Source of the DNA: Tubulanus polymorphus
Lineage: Eukaryota; Animalia; Nemertea
Assembly: GCF_964204645.1 (NCBI RefSeq)
Contig: NC_134031.1
Location: 6,820,001 to 6,884,000, forward strand
Direction of reading: 5' to 3'
Length of the DNA: 64,000 bases
Numbering within the stretch: the stretch's first letter is position 1; every line of letters begins with the position of its first letter. Below the pieces are notes generated by a model. The model was not told the origin of the DNA. It was given only the letters and a program-made list of their open reading frames with translations, and searched no databases. Of this stretch, positions 37,001 through 49,107 are shown piece by piece. The position numbers and the translations under genes were made by a program.

Positions 37001-37269
37001 CCCTTTCTGTGCGTCTACACACTGCAGTGCGGTGTATAAATCTGTGATGGACTTCGATAGTACACCGCATTGCAGTGTAATGATGTTATTAGTAATTAAT
37101 TTTTAGCTCTATTCAAAGATGGCAGCACCTGTCAAACAGTGAAATATTAGTAACTAATGATACACCGCACTATAGCGGTGTGTCGGTTATTCAACGCACT
37201 GGGTGGAATTTTTTATTATTCAAATTACATCCAGCTCTTCCAGGTATTGATTAGTCAGCACTGAAAGGA
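37001..37269. mobile_element. piggyBac-type MITE copy
   Basis: CCCTTTCtGTGC...GCACTGAAAGGa-TTAA. Confidence 0.8.
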
Positions 37270-37533
37270 TTAAGGTGACTTCTCCTTTATGAATAGCCCC
37301 AATCATTTCAGGTTCAAGATACGAACCCTCTCAATTCGGATTGGTTTACTACTAGTTAGATGCAGATTTTGATCTGATTTGGATATTATTTACAGGCCGC
37401 CTATGCTTAGATGTATGCAAATATGATGTTGAATACAGATTTCTCATAAACCAGATGAATTGCATCGGTCCCAAATGATCCGAATTAAGCGGGTTCTGCT
37501 GTACATATTACCAAACTCTTACACAAATCTTTG

Positions 37534-37814
37534 GCCGCAATTACACGAGCATTTTTGGCCCGAACAACTGTTCACATTGGTGCCAAGTGGGCTCGACCAA
37601 ACTGTTGGACCAGGCCCCAGCCAAATTTTAGCACGAGACAAACGATTGCATTTGAACTGGTACCAGAAATGACCCGCTCTGTTTGAACATTGTTTAGTAT
37701 AGAGTGAGTGGTTTGCGTGTGAGCGCGCTCTCTAACTAGGCGCAGGCCCAATTTGGCTCAAGCCTGATCCATGCCAATTTGGCCTGGGCCAAATTGTCTC
37801 CGTGTGACTGCGGC
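37534..37814. mobile_element. MITE family (GCCGCAATTACACG TIR); other copies at 19133..19419 and 43839..44097
   Basis: Imperfect TIRs gccgcaattacacg/cgtgtgactgcggc; shared core gagtggtttgcgtgtg.gcgcgctct in three copies. Confidence 0.65.
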
Positions 37815-37873
37815 TTTTGAACTATTGCAATAGGATTTCATATCAATTAACTTTTTACGTCTTAGTTTATTAA

Positions 37874-38159
37874 CCCTTTCAGTGCTGACTAACTAATACC
37901 CTATAGTGCTGATTGATAATTTCAAAATTTTGAAAAATTCCACCCTAGTGTGTTGAAGAACGGGAATACCACTATAGTGCGTCTTCACGGTGGCGCAGTG
38001 TATTGTTAGTTACTAATATTTCATTATGTTTGACAGATGCTGCCATCTTTCAATAGAGATAAAAACGAATTACTAATTACATCAATACATTGCAGTGCGG
38101 TGTACTAGCAAAGTCCATTACCGATTTACACACAATACGGTGTAGACACACTAGAAGGG
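37874..38159. mobile_element. piggyBac-type MITE copy with TTAA on both flanks
   Basis: TTAA-CCCTTTCAGTGC...GAAGGG-TTAA; inverted relative to the 37001 copy. Confidence 0.85.
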
Positions 38160-38782
38160 TTAATCGCCTAACTCACATAAAAGGTCACTGGTCCCAATTG
38201 ATTCGAATAAGGAGGAGTTTACTCTATGGTTCCACTGTATTATTTGAAGGTAAAATCAGTTCATTCAGGAAAAAATAACATAATTTGTGATGTCAGTAGT
38301 AGAAGTGCCACTGAGACGACCGGGCACGGTTACTTTTGCTAGATATTAATATTTTAGAAGTCTTACTTCATCCGATTGAGACAAATTCTTACAACTGTGG
38401 AACTGGGTCCTGCTCGGCCTGATTGTAGGATATCTTGAAAATCTTGAAAAGAAAATAACCCGGTTCCATGGTTGTGAGTAGCAAGAATTTGACTGAATCG
38501 GATGTTTTAAATTTGACTGAAAATATTGAATTAATGAATTGTAACTGTTTAGTGGAGCTGGGTCTAGCCTTTAAGTCTCTGCGGAGCTGGCCCTAAATTT
38601 TCAGATGAAGATTGAAATTTTTTCTGCATCGCGTTATCCATTATCATCTCTAGTCATTAGGACCCGGAAACACAGTTTCCAGTTACAGTTCACTCTATGA
38701 GTATATCCAAATATTATACAGGGTATAGTTGTCGAATGAAACACTAATCCGTGTTCGCTGTAGATAATCGAAGAATTCCCGC

Positions 38783-39000
38783 AATTCAAATTTTATATGA
38801 AATAATATATTTAAACGAAACCACAACTAATTTATTTAAACGAAACCACAACGTTTGGGCTGTTGACTAACAGCCATCATCAGGTGGAATGACGGTGAGT
38901 CCGGTTTATACGTAACAGCCATCATCATTCCACCTGTTAGTCAACAGCCCAAACGTTGTGGTTTCGTTTTCATAAATTATTTCATATAAAATTCGAATTG
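38783..39000. mobile_element. Penelope-like element relic: inverted duplication containing a degenerate minimal hammerhead motif (38846..38887, minus)
   Basis: Long inverted repeat; minus strand reads ccac-CTGATGA-t-ggctgtt-agtc-aacagcc-cAAAC-GTT-gtgg. Confidence 0.55.
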
Positions 39001-40480
39001 TGGGACTTCTACGATTATTGTACGGCGTGTCTCAGAAAATGTGTTGCAGAAGCTTTATTAACTGTAATTGAAATTAATTTTTTTTTGGGGGTAACGCTTC
39101 AAATAAAATGCGGTCGTTCATTTATTACGTACGCATTAGGGGAGGGGGAGGTGTAAGTGCAATTGCATTACTGTAATGCTGAATGTATAAGAAGAAATGG
39201 CAGATTTTGCGTACAGGGGGCGGAAATTCAAATTTTATGCGTACGTGATAAATGAATGATCCCAATTGTGATTAACCGATAACCCGAACCGTGAAACCGG
39301 CTTCATATTCATTAAAATCGCGAAATTATATGATCTAAGTAAATTATGTACAATTTGTTTTCGTATTTAAGTGACCAGTTGTGAAATTTCCTTTTCGAAT
39401 GCCATTTTGTTTAAATCTACATTGTTGGACAACCTAACCGAGTATGGCGATTTGTAAAAGAAAATTTGTTCAGAAAACTAGATAATCTTCGTTTTGTCTT
39501 GCGTCATATTTTTATTGCGTTTCCTACTGCTGATATTATTTAACACAAACACAAAACACTGGCTGTTTTGAATGTGAATTTGCGAGTGTTACCCCGATAA
39601 GGAGAATAGATAGAGAGTTTGATAATTCGGACAGTTAGATGGATTTAGTGTTTCGTATTATCTGCTTATTTCTGGTTTTACTAACTACATGGATTTGCTT
39701 TGTGTAATACTGCATGTCTTCAATAAATCATTTTCTATTTATAAATTTCAACGATTTTGTCTTGGTTTATTATCCGCCCTGTTTCACCGATAATCATTCT
39801 ACTGAGACTCGAGAATTTGCGTAGAATTTTATCTGATCATTGTAAGTGAACCAAGGACCCCGCAGTAGCGCAGCCGTGACCTAATTCCAAAAGTGGTCTT
39901 GAAACAAAGACTTGTCTTTAAGACTGTTAGGCTGACTGAATTGATTTTGAGGCAAAATTGTAGGATTAAGAAGCAACATTTTCACCCCAAATATGCTAGG
40001 TGAAATTGCTTCTCTTTGCATCTCATTTTCAAATTTTTTTGCGCGAGTACCTCGGAACCCGACATTGTACCATATAAAAAGTTCCACTTTATAGAAAAAA
40101 ATTCCAGTTTCATGAAAACCGATGAAAAAAACATGCTTGGACGGGCCTGGACTTGAACATTTCGGCCACCAGTCGCGCGTCAGTCGTATCGCATTAGTTC
40201 TATATGAAACGAATGTATACTAAACAGTGCAAAATACCCTCCTGACGTATTTAAGAATATAAGTTCTTGAATAATTATGAGAAATTATATATAATATCTA
40301 TTTGACCTTATTTCACATACGGTTTGTGTTTATTAGCTGTTAAAAATGTGTGTTGTTGATGCTACGGTCAATAGTCATGTTCTGTGTATACGGTACTCTT
40401 GTCAACTCTTATGATCGTCATTTCGTTATATACCGCCAAATATGGTCCTGCGGATGGCGTTATAATGAGCTTTGACTGAA

Positions 40481-40719
40481 TATATTATGGTGGCTGATTC
40501 GGGCCATTACATAAAATACCTGGTATGCAAATAAGGGCGCCAGAACGCAAGAATGCAAAAACGAAATAAAAACGTCCAATTTTCTTTAAAAATCCGTTTT
40601 AGCGCGCCAAAACGAACTTTCAGAGAAAATTGGACGTTTTTTTTCATTTTGGGGTTCTGGCGCCGTGATTTGCATACCAGAAATTTTTCGCTATGGCCCT
40701 TATCAGCCACCATAATATA
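40481..40719. repeat. ~240-bp foldback inverted repeat (probable MITE)
   Basis: tatattatggtggctgat...atcagccaccataatata arms are complementary along most of their length, centred on gcgc near 40603. Confidence 0.8.
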
Positions 40720-42598
40720 TAGCCTTGGGCGGCGCGGACCAAAGCAATAGGGTCTGCGGTTGGGGCTGCGGAACCTAGCAGAGAGAAAATGGTGTCCACA
40801 GGTTTGAGCTCCAAATTGTGCGTCAGCATTGAAAAATTAACTCGGATTTCATATTTACAGAATTTTATTCTTTAAGAATTCAAACAAACCACCCATCCAA
40901 CAAACTTCAGGCAATAATTAACATAAACATAATCATTCACAAGTGTTTGGAAATCGATGAAAATTGTGCATGTAGACTATAGACTAGATAGCTAGCTATA
41001 TGATAATTTATATATGAAATCATAAGTCGGTAAAACATGAAGTCTGTATTTTCCTGCAGTGATATCGATGATTATATGGGAAATACATATGTGTAGAACG
41101 AATGAACATTTGAAAAGTATCTAGATATATATCGATATCAAATAACGGAAAGTCCCCCGACGAAAAATTTGAAATTCGAAACTCGTCTAATTCTGCAGTT
41201 GTTAGTCATATTTGACGAGTTCATTTTCAATTGTAAACAACACGCTACAAATCAAATATAGTTTTCACTGTGGAGTCGGTTTATCCCACAACATGGTACC
41301 GGGACTGTCAAGGCAAATAGGATGTAAACAGGCCTACATCAGTCACGTCAGCCTAGTTGGATGTTAAACATTTTTTCGCGACTAATTATGTTAATGAGAT
41401 GAATGGATACCCTGGATGGTTGGAAAATGATTTTGATTTTTTTTTTTTATGAGAATAAATTCATAAATGGAACGTTCACATATGGTGCAGATCAATAATA
41501 TACCATGCAGTATATATGTTACTACATTTTGCAAAGGCCCGTCTGAATCATTTCGTTCGTATATTCATGATAACGCAACAGCAAGACATAAACCCGAAAT
41601 GCGAAACAGAAGAGCTTATCGGTCTGGCTTGTTTCGTGACCGTGTGCGTCCTTGTCAAAGATACTGGTCTGCCCGGTAAGGCCCAACGCACAAGCAAAGA
41701 AAAAAATGTTCGCATTGTGAAAAACGATTTTCGACTTGTTTTGGTTTATTTCGCCTTTGTGTGGGGGAAATCAAAATCGAAACGCCTCACGGAAAAATGC
41801 AATTTGCAAAAAAGCACTATACGGTACTTGATTTGATCGAAACGTGTTACCTAAGTGTTGTTTTTTTATTATTAGAACGGGACAACGCACGCGGTCACGA
41901 AACAATTTCCTGTTTCGTGTTTTGGTGCGCTTGGCCAGGGACTCCATGGTTCCGGCAGCTCTGTTGGGAAATATGCATCTTTACCCAAAGTTTATCACTT
42001 TGAATGAAAAGAAATACATCTATAACTTTGCACGAATAACTATATATATTTGAAAAAATACATGTATATATTAGCTGCTGCCCTCTTTTCATACAAAAAA
42101 TGAGCACTATTCATATCACATATAGATAATATATGGATTAAACCGTTGAATCGATGGTCGATGGTCCAGTTGCCCCGATTGGTCAAATGCATCTTAAAAT
42201 CATTAAAGTCTCCTCGTCTATAAGGCTGCTAATCAAAACTGGCTGCACGGTTCTTTTGACTATGCGATTGGCCCTGGTCTGGTCGGGGTCATGTCACACT
42301 CGACTCAAAAATATATGGTATGTTGCTGGTAACATGTGTAACGAGATCCACGTCTCGGAAATATCTCATACGGACATAAATTTTCTCATATATACAAAAT
42401 CAGGTGTCAAGTTGTCAGCTTTTTGATTTGTAGTTCATACTTTGCTAAAAAGCTTCAAACGAGCTAGCGTCGTGCACGATTTTTTACGGGATCATTACTC
42501 GAAAAATAATTCGGCTATATTCAATACGTAAATCTTTAAAAAAAATGTCTTCTACCAAATCAAAACCCCGGTAAACTTAATTCCGTTTATTGCGGAGT

Positions 42599-44681
42599 TT
42601 AGGGGGCTCCCGCGGCCAATAATCTATGCTTAATCGTATCGATGATATGAGTAAAACAGTGAGAACATTCGTAAATCGTCGCCTTCATCGACATGCGCAA
42701 TATTTTGAAAATCGTATGGAAATCTAGGGTACTGAAAAGCGAATCGGCCAACGTGTACGGTCCGATGCTGAAGATGAAACCGCGGCCGTAGCTCAATAAC
42801 CACGTTCCTTCGGACATAGTAACACCAGACGCTTCTCCGACGGCGCTTTTTATCACATCACCTGCAAATAAAATGCATACGAGGTAATTCATTGAGTCTA
42901 TTCTAGTGTGGAGACATCTGTTACATTAAAACAATATATATATACGTATATACCACAACCCAGCCACAGTCAGCAGAGTCTTTTGAAAAACAGCAAAGAA
43001 TCTATTGAAGACGAAAATTGAGAACAGATGACGGAGCTGATCATAAGGCTAGAAAAATTGATACTTCGTTTAATCCTTTCTGCTAGTGAACTTAAATGTT
43101 GACCCGCGACATTACTTTTTTTAGATCGTGGCTAACCATAGACAGATCCGGCAGCTACACAGCAATCAACTGATTACAAATTCTTATTGCGGTTTTGAAA
43201 ACGACCCGGCCGATTCGGAGAACGAGCTATAATTTTTTGCCTTATGAATCATTTTATATTTCCCCGAAAGAAATTCATGAAATACTTTGCATGATTAAGA
43301 CGATATCGTTTAAGATTTCCTCTGGTTTACCTGCTTTATATTCGACAGATTTGTACGTTCCTTCTTTCCATATTTTTACAGATCCGGATAATACTATTTT
43401 AGTAGCTTCAGCCCAATGACGACCTGGATATAGAAATATATGTTTTGAAATATGAATATCTAAAGGATTTTTTCTCATTTCATAGCATGTATACACCGAC
43501 TGTAACGTTGACATTTAAACAGGTGTTGGGGATTTTTCATTCAACCCTGGAAACTAAATCAGGACAGATTCGCAAACTGAATGATATTTCATATCCAGGG
43601 GAGCTCTTTCATTACAATTTGGCCGTACTATCTGCATCTCTTCTTTATCTACAGCCCTTATTCACGTGCCGTCACAGCGCGTCATAATGACCGTCAAGTG
43701 CAAGTCACACCCGACGGCCATATGATGCACGTGAACTACCTGTGACGTCTATGAATTATATATACGAGACCGGGTTATCCATAGTTGGATTTCTAATTAG
43801 AAATGCTGGATATATAAGGGGGGAACCTTTGGCCATTAGCCACTATTACACAAGCATTTTTGGCCAGGACAAATTTCGCCCGACCATAAACGTCGGACCA
43901 GGCCCGAGCCAGATTTTTAGCACGAGTCAAATTATTAAGCGAGCGAATTGCTACTGGATCCGGAAGTGACTGACTTCGCTTTGTTTTAAAGCATTGAGTA
44001 TTGAGTGAGTGGTTTGCGTGTGAACGCGCTCTTTAAATAAATTTTCTCAATTTGACTCGTGTCTGGTCCGTGAAATCGTCTCCATTGTGATCGCGGCAAT
44101 CAACCTAGCTGAAGTTCTACCTGAGTGTCCACTTGTATCCATTGCGGTACCGTAGATAACCACCGCTTCAGTAGCCGACTGGTGTAGTACATTTCCAGCG
44201 CACATTTTGCCGCCACTATTCATAAATATCATCTCAATATCGTCGTCTAGCGGTAAAACGTGATAGGGATATTTCACGCGTAATTCACTGGATATTTTAG
44301 TTACCATTTCGGGGATATTTTCGCCCCCTGTAGAAATGGAATACGAACAAAAATGTGATGATTGGTGCACAACTTCCAGTGCTAGTTTTTAAACTATCGA
44401 AATAGGACGCAAATCCATATCTTTGTCTTCACATGGATACATTGAAGTTCCTTTTGATTATGAAATGTAATTACATGTGTAATGGTTACATCAATTATGC
44501 GATACCCTCTGTGGTAGTACGTATATTAGTTATTGTAAAACCTACCTGCATGTTTTTTACCAATCTCTTCAATTACTTTCTCGTCGAAGATGTAAGTCTT
44601 CTTAGTTATCCATATCTGTATCCCCACGGCTAAAATACCTATAATCACTCCCCATTTAAATAACGATTTTATGAAACCCAT
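42599..44681 (-). CDS. Sigma non-opioid intracellular receptor 1-like (ERG2/sigma-1 family) protein, copy A, 232 aa; complement(join(42599..42861,43331..43423,44121..44327,44546..44681))
   Basis: N-terminal TM (WGVIIGILAVGIQIW) and family motifs ELRVKYPYHVLP, FMNSGGKM, YGTAMDTSGHSGRHW, WKEGT, GEAS, YGRGFI, LADSLFSTLDF. Three phase-1 introns fall at the same protein positions as in vertebrate SIGMAR1. Divergent, so the orthologue symbol is withheld. Confidence 0.9.
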
Positions 44682-45230
44682 TTTTTCGCTCGTCTGATTT
44701 CACAACCTCCTTTATATGTGCACAGTACTGTAATAACACACAACTGGTGATTCGTTCCCATACGGCAAATCATGTTACTGGTTTGACGTGTGCATAACTG
44801 AAACAGCTGTTACTGTAAGCTAGGAGATTAATTTTGGTTTATGAAATACCAAAATGTACCAATAACGATCTATCTCTCGAATTGATATCCTAGGTGACCA
44901 TTCTGCAACAGGACTCTCGAAGGGGACAGAGTCGTAATTCCTCTTGGTGTGCTTCCGAATTCTGCAGATGGGATGGTTCGAGACAGCTTAGTTCAGAAAT
45001 GTTGCCGCCAGATTTTTATGATTCGTTGGAGAAAAAGGACACATTAGACGATCATTAAATACCTTTGATTTATTAAACCGCAAAATAGAGCAAACCCTGG
45101 CAGCCATATTTTATACGCCACAAGGGAGGTGGGAGGCCCTGATTCCCCTAACATGTTCTAATAATCTTATAGTTACGCAAATGTACATCTTATAGCCATT
45201 CACAGTAAAGATAAGTCAACAAGGTATTCT

Positions 45231-45437
45231 CAGGAGCGGATCCAAGGGGTTTCACTAGTTGCCGATGGGATCTAGCTTTCCAGGATAACAGGATAAAAAA
45301 TATGTATACTTATCTATGACCAACCATAGATACTTCGCCCTATTATAACCCCAATACACATCAGAATAAGTGTCAGATAGCCAAATTCCCAAAATTTTCA
45401 GCCATATCCCCTAACAAAATTTTTGGATCCGCCCCTG
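45231..45437. mobile_element. CAGGGGCGGATCC-family MITE with 5-bp TSD ATTCT; relatives near 4030-4410, 11545-11808, 14628-14822, 29530-29836
   Basis: attct|CAGGaGCGGATCCAA...TTGGATCCGCcCCTG|attct. Confidence 0.75.
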
Positions 45438-46352
45438 ATTCTAATGGTGGTTTCTCGACTTGAATGAAAGAAAACACTTTGGCACAATATGGTATATTTC
45501 AAGAATACATAATACGTCATTTGATTAACATCGAATGATTCATGGTTATACACGAATATTTGATGAAAAAAAAACATTGTAAATGCTGCCCTTAAACCGT
45601 TCATTTATATACAAAAACTACTCCATTTTTACTATACTTATAAATATTCTGTAGAAATAAAATATAAACCGTAGGATAGATTTGTACACAAGCTCTAAGC
45701 GGGCCCAGTAGCATAAACCTTCATAAAAATACCAAACTGATCTGTGCTCATTTCAACCTTGAATCCGAGGAGCGCATTCGAACATGGAAAACTGCTCTTT
45801 ACAATATCATCATCATGATTATTGTTTCATGGGCGTAACTCCAAAAATGGATTTACGTCTCAATTCTGGCTATAGAATCGAATCCTATACACCGTATTCA
45901 TTTATACATTACATGTATTTAATTATACATGTATAGTCATACAAGTTCCGCATTTATGTTCATAATTTTGTTTTTTTTTTCACATTCCGAAAATCTCATA
46001 ATTATTTCACCTAAAAAACGCCCCTTTCAAGCTTCGAATTTCAAATAACCATTTATGAAAATTAGGATGAACGAGGATTCAGAAATGCTCGTTTGCCTTC
46101 GGCGCTACGCGGATACGGTGCTAAGTGTATATCTGGCATAGTTCCGTTTCTGTTTTTAATTTTAAACCCCCCCCCCCCCTATATTAAAAAATCTTAGTGA
46201 AACCCCTTGTGGTAACGTCCTGGTATCGAATCATGGTGTCGGAAAACGCAGACAATTTGACCCTTTTTAGGGCACTGAAATCTTAAAAAATGCAATACTT
46301 TCCATATCTATAAATCTTAACCCTGGTGCATTATCTGAACGTCTCGCGGAAT

Positions 46353-49107
46353 CTACGGGCTTCCCGTAGCCAGTAATTTATTCTTAATCGTATCGATGAT
46401 GCGAGTAAAACAGTGAGAACATTCGTTAATCAACGATTTCGACAACATGCGAAACATTTTGAAAACCGTATAAAAATCTAGCGTACTGAAAAGCGAATCG
46501 GCCAATGTGTACGGTCCGCCTGACCAGATAAAGCCACGGCCGTAAGCTAGCAACCAGGTCCCTTCTGAGAACGAAACGCCGGACGCTTCTCCGCTTTCAA
46601 CTCTTAAAACGTCTCCTGCAAATGAAAAATCGAAGCTCACATGACTTATACCAGCGCATCGTTAAAAGTGATCAACTGTAAAAAAAGTGTCATCGGTTTT
46701 TTCCTTTAACGATTTTGATCGTCAAAAAGTCGAAAAACAAAACGAAGGGTGAAAGGGTTGAATTAAATGTCGGAATTATTTCCCGGGAGGAAACTATAAA
46801 ATATCTTCACAAAACGCCATAAAATAATACAAACTTTTCTAAATAAAGCATACCAAAGTTATTAACAATACACGTGATGCACTATTGACAATATAAATAT
46901 AGCCGCAAAGCAGCGACAACGGGTTTTCTGCAGCCTGTTGTGTATTTGTCGGCTCGTTGAAGGAAGTTGACTCGCAACTGCTTTCAACATGTGACAGGAT
47001 CTAGCAACTGAGCAGGGCGCTTATTCACTTGACTATAGCCCGTAGTCAAAATTGATTAATATAACGAAAGAAAACCAAGGGTGGAAAGAGCAAATCATAT
47101 GAACGTACGTAATAATGTATAAACGACTGAGATGAACGCTTCGGCGAATTCCATACTACCGGTACCTATTTTACATAACAACTCGCAGCTTTCGTATTCA
47201 GATTATATTTTCATCAATTACCTGGTCGGTATTCGACCGATTCATACGTTCCTTCTTTCCAAACCTTCATAGATCCTGATAATACAACTTTGATATTGGA
47301 TTGAAACCAATGACGACCTGAATATAGGATTGAAAAAATGACTCATAAGTAACTCACGGTGAGGTAAAACTTCGCAATAAATCGCGATAAGACGAATGAA
47401 ATATCAGTCCAACGATCACGAAATCGAAAAATTATTTTTATACCGGTAATGCCGTAGCGTTAAAATTCATTTAGACTCCGAATTTTCGGTTTTCAACCAA
47501 AAACCATTATCAAGGAATGGATGAAAACCGAAAATTCGAATTCTTAATAAATTTGAACGCTACGATATTATGAAAAAATTTCGTGATTGTGGCACTTGTG
47601 CTTTATAAGTAACTCATATACATTTACCGTCTTTTAGGTTGCAATTTTCTGACCATCTGATTTTCAAATGAATGTTCTGGAACTTTTTTCCAATTTCAAA
47701 AGACTCGTGAACTCATTAACGTTTGACAGTGTCGGGGATCAAAAATATCAGTACCCACATAGGGGCCGGAATAGATTACTGGCCATAGTTTTGCTGCATT
47801 TTTACCTGGATGTCCACTAGTGTCCATCGCAGTACCGTAAACAACCATAACTTCCGTAGCAGACTGGTGAAGCAGATTTGCAGCGCACATCGCGCCTCCG
47901 GTGTTCATGAATATCAACTCGACGTCGCTTGTCGGCAATACGTGACGCGCATATTTCACGCGTAATTCGCTCGATATTTTATTTACCATTTCAGGGATAT
48001 TTTCTCCTCCTAGAAAAAAAGATTTACCGATATAAGTAAAACCAATTATTTATTGATTCCCGTGCGAACACCGAACCGCACAAACACTCTAAACAACATA
48101 GAACGATAACCACACTCAAACGCGGTGAACGGATAATAAGATAAAATCCCGCTATTTACAGATTAAAAGAATTTAAAAACCAGAATTTATTTATTCAATC
48201 AAAAATATATAAAAGACACGACGTTTCGATCTCACCCTAGAGATCATCGTCACACCTGACGATAAATAGAGGGATTTTATCTTATTACTCTAAACAACGC
48301 CTGACTGGACATCATCTGCTCCGGTACAACCTGAGCAGTTGAAGCCCAATCAAAATTTGCACTCTCCTCTACATGCCGAAATCGGGTACTACAGCGTAAC
48401 ACTACAGAAATTAAGCGAAAGAATATTTTTAAATCGGGTTTGGGGCAAATAACAAGTATATTGTTCAATGAATTTGAGATACAAATACCAACATAACCAT
48501 TCATAAAACACTAAATTATAGAGAATTCCCATCAATGATAACGAAAAAAATTAATTCCGAAAATGTTTTCTTGAGCTAGCTGTTTATTCGACTTAATTAA
48601 TTTTTTTTCAATATTATTGTGGGATGATCCCTTTACAGATACCAACATATAGTTGGGTGAAATATATACATTACAAGGGTATATTCAATTAAAACCGTAT
48701 ATTCATCGTGGTAACGCTAATTTTGTATTTCGTATATTGTATATATGTGATAGGTTAAAACTCAATCAATCCACACGTTATAATTAGAACGTTTACATCG
48801 ACTTTGTAACTACCGGGTACAATAGCATTTACGAGCCTATTCATTTCTAATGCATGGAAAGCACAGACATGACAAATTTAAAACATTCCTTTTTAATCAG
48901 TTCATCAGCTGTAGGCTATATATACATATATCATACGTATGATCACAATACTACAGATCTGTAAAACCTACCTGCATATTTTTTACCAATCTCTTCAATT
49001 ACTTTCTCGTCGAAGATGTAATCTTTTTTAGTTATCCATATCTGTATTCCGACGGCTAACATACCTATAATCACTCCCCATTTGAACAACGATTTTATGA
49101 AACCCAT
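46353..49107 (-). CDS. Sigma non-opioid intracellular receptor 1-like (ERG2/sigma-1 family) protein, copy B, 232 aa; complement(join(46353..46615,47222..47317,47806..48009,48972..49107))
   Basis: Tandem paralogue of copy A with the same 4-exon structure, intact splice sites and an open frame. Motifs ELRVKYARHVLP, FMNTGGAM, GHPGRHW, WKEGT, YGRGFI, LADSLFSTLDF. Confidence 0.9.
47417..47587. repeat. Imperfect foldback inverted repeat in intron 2 of sigma-1-like copy B
   Basis: tcacgaaat..cgtagcgtt..cgaattttcggttttca pairs with tgaaaaccgaaaattcg..aacgctacg..atttcgtga. Confidence 0.7.
48185..48263 (-). mobile_element. Penelope-like element relic with a hammerhead motif broken by a short inversion
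   Basis: Minus strand reads gTGACGA-t-gatctc-tagggt-gagatc-GAAAC-GTC-gtgtc, then an AT-rich tail with aataaa; the adjacent inverted segment cacCTGACGAt supplies the missing 5' arm. Confidence 0.55.

Noticed and set aside
40507-40829. Mirror-image ORFs on both strands
   Set aside because: Artefact of the foldback inverted repeat.
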